Assembly (NCBI GenBank): GCA_976551045.1
Contig: CDPCPM010000344.1
Location: forward strand, 14,136,001 to 14,200,000
Direction of reading: 5' to 3'
Length of the DNA: 64,000 nucleotides
Origin: Glaucostegus cemiculus
Lineage: Eukaryota
Positions 13,527-25,200 of this stretch are shown here, one piece after another. The notes under the pieces were generated by a model that saw only the letters and a program-made list of their open reading frames with translations, made no database searches and had not been told where the DNA came from. The first letter of the stretch is position 1. Each line of letters opens with the position of its first letter. Position numbers and translations under genes: made by a program.

Positions 13527-13858
13527 TAGTGGCACAGCAATTAGTGCTGCCACCTTACAGGTCCAGAGACCTGTTAATTGATCCTGATTTTGGGTGTTGT
13601 TTGTATGGAGTTTGCATATGGTCCCTCAGTGTCAATCCTCCCTTGCCCCCCCACACACCCCAGCCTGCGCCCCCAGAAGTTCTCAGTTTCCTCCCACATG
13701 TTAAAGATGATGGTTGGTGGGTTAATTGGCTATCCAGGAGAATCAGAGAGGGGAGCTGATGGGGATGCCAAAGGAAAAAATGGGATTAATGCAGGGCTTG
13801 ACGGCTGGTGTGAATGCAGTGAGCTGCAGGGCACGTTCCTGTGCTGTATGACTCTACA
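13527..13858 (+). mobile_element. tRNA-derived SINE (HE1-like)
   Basis: tRNA-like head gtggcacagcaattagtgctgcc, body tgtatggagtttgcat...tttcctcccacatg, and CR1-type tail gttcctgtgctgtatgactcta. Confidence 0.75.
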
Positions 13859-15569
13859 ACTAACTTCATTTTCATGTTTTTAATATAAACTATACTGTTC
13901 AGCTGCCATCAACTCTCTCTTTCAGAGAATATAGCCAACACCATGAAGAAAGTATATGTGGTATGACAGGACCAGGAGTGGAGGTCTGTATCTGATCACC
14001 AGATTCCTGATTGTGGTACTGATGAATAGGTAATATTGTTAATTTGAGGACATGCATATTTTCGGATTAAAACCATTATAAGATCCTAATTTACACTGTG
14101 TAAAGTAAACCTTGCAAGTTAAATTAACTGTTTGGATTCTTTTATACCTGATGCAGAAATTTGAACAGAGCACACTAACAGCAGTCAAGTATCATTTCCA
14201 ACATTCACTGATGCACATCACTGAATTCATTGGTAGGTCTGCATTCTTTCCCTGTTCTTTTTCCCACTTTCAGAATCTGAGTCCCCAGTTCCTCCAACCT
14301 CTTACTGGTCTTACTCCATTAGTAATCTTATAGTCCCAAATAATTTTCACATTTCCATTCCTTTGTGAATTATCCATTAATGCTTTAGGGTATGTATTCA
14401 ACATCATGGTTATTAACTGCACTAATTAAATTCCAAAGGGAATAATAGATCTTGCTATACTCTTTATTTAACCTAAATGGAGAAACATCAATGTGCTTGA
14501 ATCTGCTGAGAAACATGTATTCAAATATTCCAACAAAATGTCATTCGCAAAATAAGATTTTCAATTTCCAGGTTAAAATTATACCATACCAAAAACATTC
14601 ATTAATGTCAAGTCAACTAAAATGCAACATACAATGCTCAACTGTAAATGCATTCTTGCAACAAACTAAGTTCTGTTCTGACATGTCAATGGAATAAACA
14701 TGAATACTACAAAAGAAAAGCAGAGTTCACGGCTTTCATTCCATTCACACAATCCCCATTTTTTTCTTATTTAAATAGCTTCCTCATGTTCTATAGTATA
14801 TTGTTGATACTAAGCTTGTACCTTAGGAAATGGATTATGGTCAAAATTTTACTTTGTTAAAAGATTATGCAAAAATGAAGGTAACAATTGTGTTATCAAT
14901 GAATGCGCTAACAGTAAAAACAAAAAGTAATAAAACAGAATATACAACCTACTTTTTTAAAGCACAATGTAAAAGCTAATTTCCATCAGTTCTCTAATTA
15001 TCTCTACCCTACAACATCCCAATCTTGGCCTTGAATTCATGTTTTGTAGGAAAGAATCTGCAGGACTATGGGGAGTGTGGGGAAGGAGACTACTCTTGCT
15101 CAGAGCCAGTAATGACATGAGGGGCCAAATGACCTTCTCCTATCCTGAAACAATTGTGCTATAAATACTTTGTCAGTTATTCTTTGATTGCACTCTGGTG
15201 CTTCATCAAAATAATCATTTTTCTTGCTTACGAGAGATAATACAGTTGAGCTTAGTCTTATGTTCAATAGTCATACAAACTAAAAATATAGTTCTCTTAC
15301 AGCCTAGTGGTATAAAATTGCTAGATGTGCTACAGATTGTGGGATAACTACAAAGTTTATTTTGGGATGCCTGTACTGGCTCCCTTGGCAACTCCAAATC
15401 ACTAAACTAAAAGCAGTTGCATGTACTTCCAGGAGGTGTCATTATACAGTGATCAGAGAAAAAGATGTTGCTCTTCAAACCCTGATGACAGGTTCATCGT
15501 GACACCCCAAATGCTTTTCACCTACCCTGGTCAAGACCTGCAATATTCAGTAAACAAAAAGATACCAGC

Positions 15570-16260
15570 AGTCCAATGGGGGGCGGGGTTAATACTGTGG
15601 ATAAACGTGGGTGCTGTTTTATATTAGGGATAATTTTGTATTTTATTGAATTATTTTGTTTCATTAAATCTTATACTATTACAAGACATAATTATGGAAT
15701 ATTTAAAGCTATGTTGCATGGTTACAACTCGTGACTGTCCTGCCAAATAAGGATAACGTGGAATATTCACAAATTTTAATCAATCTGATCAATGTTTTTC
15801 CATCAGCAATTATGAAAACCGCAGGCAGTAAAATGTCATCTTTTCACAAACATTTCGGTGGCTGCTGCTATCAGACTTTTTTTCCCCCATTTTAACCCAC
15901 ATTCAAATGCGTGCTGTTTACAGGCTTGTGTGTACTTTGAGAAACCAAGGCCGTTTAAACAAACAAATGGACTTTGAGCAAATCCCGAGAGCAGTTATTT
16001 ATGTGCTTTCCCTCAGTGACGAGCTAAACTGGCCGCATGACACACCTTGTGGCTGCTTTCCAATCTCTCCCGATTGCTGCAATCTCGCAGCCGACCAGCG
16101 GTGCAATGCTGTAAAATGGCGGGACATAGCACAGGCATCAAACGGACACATATAATGGCGGGAGACGAAGGGGTAAAAAAAAGCTCAAAATTGGGTCGTT
16201 GTAGTAAATCGATATCGCTAACGAAAAATGATCGGTTATTTAGATACTGTTGGATGTAAT
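15570..16260. promoter_or_regulatory. Candidate intronic regulatory element (CCAAT + GC box, YY1 motifs, CpG retention)
   Basis: ccaatgggggcgggg at about 15573-15588, aaaatggcgg at 16113-16122, taatggcgg at about 16153-16161. CpGs are visibly dense compared with flanking intron. Confidence 0.45.
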
Positions 16261-16889
16261 TCTCCCTAAAGCAATCTTTTTCATTTCAAGGACATCATTC
16301 TTTGTAGGGTTTTCATTGGGCGCAGTCATCAAATAATCTACCTCTCAGAAACTGGGCGGATCTTTCAAGAATATCACATGATCTGCTTGTATTGCAGTAA
16401 GATTTCAATGCGGTACGTTCTAATTTGTATTTGCCTCCTTACGTAAATATAAAAAGAAATGATTCCCAATTTCTGTAAGTAGAGAGGTGTTTCGATTTAA
16501 TACTTCAGTATCTAGTACAGAGGTCTCTATGAAAGCGATTGTATTTGTTTTTAAATAATTCGTGATGCGATTAGAGTGACGTTTATCAGCGGAATAAATT
16601 GCCTTGTTGCTTCTGGGCAAGTCTCTTGGGAGAAGTGAATGCCACACCGAGATTTTTACACAATGCATGTTATGCGGACTTTGAGAAACTGCTCTGCTAT
16701 TGCAGAAATCCTGCATTTCAGACTTCTCGATTTCTACGAACGTTACTTCTAAAACTAAGCGCAATAATGAGTCTATTTTCGCAATAGCAACATTTGAAAG
16801 GAAACAATGTCCCACTCGAGATGTGATAAAATTGTTTTTATGCTAACTCAAACTTAATTTAAACTATCCGCACACCCCATCCAAACTGA

Positions 16890-17125
16890 ATACTCAGGTG
16901 GCGGGAACATTCAGCAGTAGAGCTAACGTTGCAGATAGAAAATTCTTCGTCAGAACTGGGGGAAAAGAAAACAAGGGCGAACTTGTTTTCTTTCCCAGTT
17001 TTGACGAAGGGTCTTCAAACCAAAACGTTAACATGTTTCGCTTTCACAGATGTTGCCGGATCTAAAGAGTGTTTTCTGCATTTTATGATTTTACTCAGAT
17101 TTCTAGCATCTGTAGTTTTGTTTTA
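16890..17125. repeat. Palindromic Penelope-associated short repeat with central hairpin
   Basis: Arms cttcgtcagaactgggggaaaagaaaacaag (16945-16975) and cttgttttctttcccagttttgacgaag (16982-17009). The cacagatg(c/t)tgcc motif is shared with copies at about 6190, 18180, 19870 (minus) and 40940. Confidence 0.55.
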
Positions 17126-20100
17126 AATTTTCACTTCCCGGGAGAAGGATGATATCTAAAGGAAACCCGTAAAGGCCTCTCTACTGATAGCAACTTGATC
17201 CTTTAATATGGACATGGGTGAAGTTATGTGCCAAGGACTACACTACTTCGCAACTATTCACTTAGAAAAGAAATGCAGAATCGAAATTTAAGATTGACGA
17301 GAAATACCTCCCTAGATTTTGCTGGATTATTCATAATTTAATTTTTGAGACAGGTCCTCAGTATGGAATCCAGTAGACAGCCAGGAATCTGCCGACCTGA
17401 CGCGGGATCCACAATCCCATAATTTCACTAGGGTCAGTAGGATTGCGGGGAAGGAAAGAAATATCTGCCCGTTTATATTTAATGGTAGTTCGCCTAATAT
17501 CTAACATTTAGATTTAATTCTACTTCATTTTACTCGTTTTGAGTCGTAATACCGAACATTGAGAAACAATTTAAAACTGACGACATTGACAATCGGCTTT
17601 GGCATTTTGTTAACGGTAACTGTTCTGATCCATCCACTGTCCACCGCTCGACCTTGGTTCTACCTGATCAAACGAGATCAGCCTTTATTCAAATAAGATA
17701 AATTCAGACGAGTGGCGATAGCGAGTAGCAGGGCCGTAGCAGTAACATCAAAGCCATTTCATGGCAATAGACCATTTAACACCCTGCGAAGAAGCACTCC
17801 CTAATAGCACTGCTAGTTTAAAAATTGTTGGAGGGTTTACACCATGTTGGCTCCAGCTACCCTGTCGATAATGTTCCAGAGTGGTCATAAATATGAAATG
17901 TAGCGCTTAATTTCCAAAGCAAAGCTCCAATGTATTAAAATAAACATCCAGAAATACATTTAGTGCTGGGAAAGATAATGGAACCGCTATTCAAAGATCC
18001 AACAAAAAAATCATGTAGAAAATATAATAAAGAATAGTCAACACATATCCCAAAAATGAATGACCAAGCCTGTTTAACGTGAAACAAAATAGAAGATGTC
18101 AAAAATGTTCATCAGGCCAGGAGGCATCTATGGAGAGCGAAAATAAAGACAACCTTTCAGATCAATGAATCTATCTTTCTCCATTGATGCTGTCTCACAT
18201 GCCGAGTGTTCACAGTGCTTTCTGTTTGAGATTTCCAGCATATGCAGTAGCTGTGATATTCATGGGCTTTTGAAATGTCTTTGATAAGACACGACTAAGG
18301 TCAAAGCATGTAGAATCAGACTAACAACAAAACTGAAAGTAAATGTTAAAGGAAGTTAGTCGCGTTGTCAGGACATGGGAACTGGTGTCCCAAAAAAACC
18401 AAATAATCTTGCGCATTCTCTACAATGCTATATCAATCTTCAAAAATGGGATGGTTGAATCACACTTACTGCAATCATCTTGCCATGCAAAAAGGAGACA
18501 TGCAAAAAGGTATCCCAAGTTTAATGCCACCATGATGTTGCTTAAAATCTACCATCTCAGTATTGGCAGGCAAACCAGTTTTTTTTATTAGTTATCCATG
18601 ATAACTTAATTCATGTATATTTATTGTCAATTTTTCTCTGGCATTACAACAGTGGCAACATTTAGTCACTACAGATGTCATCACTGGCTGTTACACCTCA
18701 ACATGCAATCTTAACAAACACCCTTCCTGCCACTGCTTATTCCAGTCACATGAGAGGAAGATACAAATTAGTCCGATGCAATTTTCCAGTAACAAATCTA
18801 TGTTGCCTGTCCTTTACTTCAGTCAATGCATCCCATGGATAATAATGGCATTGAAAGAAACAACAACAATTTGCATTTATTCAGCATCCTTATTATGATA
18901 AAAATAATCAACAGTGTTAATCAGCAGCAATATCAAGGTCTGACAACTAGCTACAGAAGGAGAAATATGGAAAAATGACCACAGCTTTGACAAAATGAGA
19001 TAAAAACACAAGGGCACTGAAAAATAAGACCCCTCAGGTCTACACTACCATTCAATAGGATTGTCGCTGATGTGATCTTGGTGTCAGCTCCACTTTCCTG
19101 TCTGGTTTCTTTAACTGCTGATTCCACTAACTTCTAAAATCTCTCTCAATACTGAATATACAAAGTGATTTGGCCTCCACAGCATAATCTAAAGATTCAC
19201 AACCATCTCATTATGTCCCATGTTCTGTATTCCACCTACTAGAGGAAATATCCTTTCAAATCATGACAACAGGTTGCATAAACTTGGATCATATTTCATT
19301 AAGTTCAGTAACATGCAGGGTGACCCAACTAAGTTGTCTAAAAATAATTTAAAAGGGCAAATATAGATAAATCTGAGCTACTGTACCTCTCTAATGTTTT
19401 ACTTCTGTGCTTTAGTGTTTTAAAATCATTCCCAGACAACATAGTATCTATAAGCACCATAAAATCTTGAAGATTAAGACATGTCTAGTCAGCAGAAAAC
19501 TTATTTGCATCTACTAAAACTGCCCAATATCAAACATCTGCTAGCAATATACTGCAGATTTTTCCCAGATTACAGGAAATTCTTATTTAATCCATACCAT
19601 GATTAACCATATAGATCCAATGGTCCAACTACATTGCTGTTGTTTAACACAACCATCCCTACTCTAACCAGTATGAAACAAGTAAATCCACAATTACGAA
19701 GTACTGCTATTTTTCTAAATACACACTATATCCACACTTTGTATGTTTACTTTCAATACTTTAAAAGTGGTTTCACTTTTTTTTACACATAAAATGTCAG
19801 AAGTTTAGCAAGCAGAGAGAGGGTGCATTTACTCAACAAACAAATCCAACATTGCAACTATATTGGAGACACAAGAGACTGCAAATGCTAGAATCTGGAG
19901 CAAAAAGCAAACTGCTGAAGAAACTCAGCGGGTCAAGTACCAAAATGGACAGTTGTCATTTCAGGTCAAGACCCTTCATCTGGACTGAGAGAAGAGAGGA
20001 AATAGCCAGTATAAAGAGGTGAGGGAAAGGGGTGGGGCAAGAGTGACACTACACTACAAGAATTACAACAACATTGTTCAAAATACTATCAAACTAGTAC

Positions 20101-20509
20101 TGTATTCAAAATTTCAAGTGTGCACATGCTCTATACAGTATTGTTAAATAACTCTGGTCCAGTTACAAACACCAGGTCTGATTTGTCCAGGTAGAATTCT
20201 TAGCTACAATTGTTTTTCCCAGCTCAAAACTGATAATTATCTAACTTGATAATGCGGCTTAATGCTATGGAGGAAACAAATTAAAGGCCTGAAATCCTTG
20301 ATGTTTAAGTGCACAGCAAAAATTATAGTAAACTGCTTAATGTAGATGATATATTTGTGGTGTATTCAAGTAAAATATTCCCTAACAGAACTTCAAAAAA
20401 ATCAAGTTGTAAACAATAGACATAGTTTGCAGAGCTTGTTGTTTGCCGAGATCATTAACAGAATGTTATCACGTAAAGAACTTGCAGTTAGATGGTGCTA
20501 TTTATCTCC

Positions 20510-20766
20510 AGGATGCCCTAAAGGTACTACCATCAAGGAGGAGGTACAGAAGCCTAAAGACCTACACTCAACGATTCAGAAACAGCTTCTTCCCCTCTAC
20601 CATCAGATTTTTGAACAGTCCATGACTCATGAACACTACCTCGTTATTCTTTTTTTTGCACTATTTCTTTTTGTAATTTTTTAGTAATTTTATGTCTTTG
20701 CACTGTACTGCTGCTGCGCAACAACAAATTCCATGTCATATAAGTCAGTGATAATAAATCTGATTC
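20510..20766 (+). mobile_element. Rex1/Babar-type LINE 3' end
   Basis: Translates LPSRRRYRSLKTYTQRFRNSFFPSTIRFLN, a typical Rex1/Babar C-terminus. Followed by a 3' UTR ending gataataaatctgattc. Confidence 0.8.
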
Positions 20767-23700
20767 AGGTCTGGCTTTGACTTATCATAACATTCACATA
20801 CTGCTATGGTGTCAGCTCCTTCATTGTGGTGTTGGCCCAAGTTTTTGCTTCAGGTTCCACACTATGGCTTGAATCTACTGTAGGCTATTTGTACCAAGTC
20901 AAAGATGTCAGAGTCAATATTAATATAAATTTTTAAAAGGTCATATTTTTAGAGAGTTGTACACAACTAATACACTTGCATTCAGGAGGAAGATCATTTC
21001 ACCTTGTATGTGAAACCAAAAGCTCTCACTCAGACACAGGAGCAGCTGGCACCTTTGTTGAATACAGTGCTAACGAAACTCAACTGGTGGTTTGGAGCCA
21101 GCGATTTTGGACAAAAAGTAATGACTCTTTATTCATCTTTTAACTGCTAGCCATGCAATATCAAAGCCAAACTTATCATTCCACAATCCTGTGCATAATT
21201 TACTTCACTGTATCACAAAGAAATGTGCACGTGGATTAGAAAGCAAGAACAGCACGTGCCAAATTAATTTTAAAGATTGTTTAAAAGTAGTTAATGACTA
21301 TCATCATCAATGGAAAATATCCAGTTTGAATCTGACTCCAACATCAGTCAGAGCACTGTAACATAAATGAAATTAAAAAGAAAATTCTCATTATAATGAA
21401 ACTTCCACAAATTGTGCACAACTTATTTATTGAATTTCAGAAAGGCTGGCATTTTTTTTTGATAGACAATAGGTGCAGGCGTCTTGGAAGTGGGAGAGGA
21501 GCAGCAACGTCAACTGCATTCCTGACGTAATTTACATTAAACTTCTTCTGAAGTGATCCTGGGAAGAAGCCCTGTCCAGCATGGAATACAAATTTCGGTT
21601 TATGCATGTCAAATTTCACGGATTTCTGGATGAATCTACCTTCTTCCATATCAGTAGGAACTATCCTTAATAACAAGAATAGACAGGAAGAACAAGTTTA
21701 AGTTGTTGGCCCTTTCATTTGATCAAAAGGGAAATGATTCAATCGATAGCTGTTTGGCAAAATAATCCTTTATTAAAAATGAACTATAGAGTTTCGCTTA
21801 TTACAAGGAAGTGTTTTGTTTTAAAATCACGGATGCAAACAAACAAAAATTAAACCTGATCGTGTATTACAACCCATTAGTAACATTTCTCTGAGAATAT
21901 TAAACCTCCTAAATTTGAATAATTGTTCCGATTAGACTGCTACTACAATTAAGTCTCATTTAACTACGCTCATGAAAGTAGGTTTACTTTGGCAAAATAA
22001 AGTAGACCACAAGGAGACCACGCCCTCTTCATAGCGCACACCAACTGTTTATACACACACAAAAAATGACAACACGGCGTGGACAAGAAAATTTAAACGA
22101 TTTGAAACATTAATGCCAAATCTTCCTTTTGCTGGAGAAAGCATCCAGACTATCGTTGCTGACGTCGCCCACCTTGCTAACACTTTTAAAAAACTATTTC
22201 CTAAATATACAAGGGTGCACGACGGAAGAAAAACTCATCGATCAACACTATTTAACATAGAAAGATGCATTTTGTGCTAATGGTTTCCTAACGATTCTCC
22301 ATGCTGTTACAATATAGCGCAAGCTGCAAATACAATAAAAAAACTAAAGACACCGAATATTAAATATTGTAACACCATGAATTAGCAAGAGCTTTGTTTC
22401 ACAATCTACAAATTTATTTGTATGTTTCGCCTGAAGTATAACACTGTTCCAGATCGTTTCTATCTGAAGCCTTTTGCACCCTCCCCCTTATGCGTTTCTC
22501 GCGTTCTCCGGTGGGGGAGGGGTGGGAACTGGCTTATTTGCATTTCAAACTGTTATACCAGAAATACAGCGCTCTTCTATAATTAAATATAAATATAGAC
22601 ATCAGATTCTGCAAACCGCAACTTATCTCAATTCTTATAACTGTTGTGATAGTACATAATACGTACTAAAATGTTTTAATTTTACAGATTTTTTGCTCAG
22701 CCAATCTGCTGGGCGAAAGCACCAAAACTGCTAAATGAATTTCTGTCAAACAAATTATTTTAATACTTGGTAGATTTTTTTTAAGGACTATTTTGTAGCA
22801 CTTCTAGATGTGCTCCCGTTCTCATCCCCATGAGACAATGTCAAGATTGTAATCACACACGTTTATATAAAAGTACATTGATGTAATGCAAATTATGGAA
22901 TTGACGTTACAACACGAGTAAAACAATCTATAAAAGTTTGACATAAAGGGGGTCAAAAACGCAGGATAACGAATGCTTGTAAATGGGAAATAAAACACGG
23001 AAGTTCATCTTCATTGTGACCATGCGTAGTAATTAAATGAATGATCTATTACTTCATATAAGATTTTTGTCAAACTCTAGATCCTGCTGGATCTAAACTA
23101 GTAACTAGATCTAACTTAAGACTGGCAACAGTAATTTTTTGACGAATCACCAAGCAAATGCAACTAGGCAGCTAATATATAGAAGCCTCTGACTAAAATC
23201 TTTTATCTAAACGTGGAATGCTGCCAAAATATGCTGGATCCCCTTGTTACCATTTATTTTTTTTTATCGCAGAAAACGACTTTCAAATACTGGTTCCTAC
23301 TCAATACCTACTCCTGACAAGAAGCGAAAAGTCAGATGTAGAGGTATGAGAACAATGCATTTTGCATCTTTGTCCAAACCCTTCAGCCTTTTTCATTTTT
23401 GACCACATAAATCGTCAATAAGTGTAATGATTTTCAATACAGGCACAGCATTTTGAACACGAGATTAAAAACTCTTACAGATCAAGTCAACTATGGTTAG
23501 CTTTACTAAGATCCAACATGGATTTTTACATAACCATCAACCAACAAACAGACAAGGTTCGTTATCAGGTCTATTTAAATATCCCAATGAAATCAGAGTT
23601 AAATTCCTAATGCGTCTTGGAATTCTTAAAAAGATATTTCCACAAAAAACTGATGAGCTTTTTCGCATTATTTTAAAATAATCTCCCCACTTGACTTAGC

Positions 23701-24950
23701 TTCTGTACTTCGATAGTTGTGATGCATCTTCCTACAGTACTGGCATGCCTTTCTATTTAAAAATATATAATGGGGACCAAAAATGCAAATTTAAAACATC
23801 TTAAAGCATAATGTTTTCCAAAACAATTTATTAAACATTTTAAAATCACAGAATCATACACAATATGGTAATTGGATTTTGCTACACATCCTCCAACAAA
23901 GTACATGTTTCAAATGCCAAACGTGAGGTTTGATGCCGAGAATGGGATCCGCCATTTTACTCACGCTAGCACCACACGCTACGCTCAGTATCCTTATTTT
24001 ATCATTTCCTTTTACATCAATAGCACCACTGATTAAAACATAATAATTAAAGTTAGGAACAAACAGTATGCACACTTGTAAGTAGCTTTCACAACGTAAC
24101 CATGTTTTTGTACAATAAATTAGGTACAATTTCCAAATTCCAACCCTTCACTACACGAGAAACAAATTCGAACCTTTAACTGCAACTTGGATCGCTGCTT
24201 CCTTTCTAGAAAATATAAATAACCTGCAAAATTCAACAACTATACTTGAAAGATCAGAAATTTCTCAGAGATACTGTAATACAATCGGAGCATTGTACCT
24301 AAAACTTCACATCAAATAGTTTTTTTTCAATTAAACAATTTCAATGACATTTTGCACACATTTCCTGCTAACAGAAGTCTATCATGAGCCTGTAAGTTTT
24401 TTCGTCTGCTATGCAGGGTCAAACAGCTTCTTCTGATCGCAGATAAGCGCCAGTTAGGACCTTTGCTATCACAAATGTGTTGTGTTGTGTTGGGCTCCCC
24501 TCCCCCAGTCCTGTTTCCCACAGACAGTCCTGTCCTCCATTACAGCTCCCATGTGTCTAAAACACAGTCAGATCTTCACATCCTTCCCTCTCGTGGGGCT
24601 GGAGCTTCCCAAACTACTAAAAATTTCCAAGATTAACTTAACTTTATTGCAAACTTTACGCCCTAAAACATAATATACAACATTTTTAAAAAACATATAC
24701 TAGATTCAGTACCGATTTAGCCAAGTCACGGGCTAGAATTTAAAAAAAGGCAAAACGTTTTGTGTCCCATTTCACTTTTTAAGTGCACGATCTTTCTTCT
24801 CGGTGAAGCGATGAAAAGGAGCCCGGTGACATTAGTGAGCACGTATAAGCAGATCGCCCCAGGATTGTAGCAATACCACACAACAATAGGAATACTGTTG
24901 GGCCGCCTGTGACCCCCTTTTACTGGAGTGAAGGATGCGAACTTAACCAG

Positions 24951-24955
<5 letters not shown>

Positions 24956-24982
<27 letters not shown>
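24956..24982. repeat. (GT)n microsatellite in SPEN intron 1
   Basis: About 13 perfect GT units. Confidence 0.95.
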
Positions 24983-25117
24983 CGATCTCACTCACACAGC
25001 TGCAGCAAGACGCCGGCACTTTCTCCGGTTTCAGTTTACCCCAAGCGGCCTCGAGGCCGGGCCCACACAATAACACACCGAGCAGTGTTTACTTGGCATC
25101 TAGCCGTGCCAACTTAC

Positions 25118-25200
25118 CGCTTAAAATGCTCGATAATCTTGTCTTCGCGGACATTTTCCGGCAAATTCCCCACCCAGAGGTGCCTGGTTTCTCGTACCAT
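25118..25200 (-). CDS. SPEN: SPEN coding exon 1 (83 nt): start of RRM1
   Basis: ATG at 25200. Encodes MVRETRHLWVGNLPENVREDKIIEHFKR (RNP2 LWVGNL). Donor CG|gtaagt is in phase with exon 2. Not in the ORF track because it is short. Confidence 0.98.

Noticed and set aside
21437-21676. 79-aa sense-strand ORF in SPEN intron 1
   Set aside because: Non-ATG start, no recognisable family and no convincing donor; chance length is plausible.
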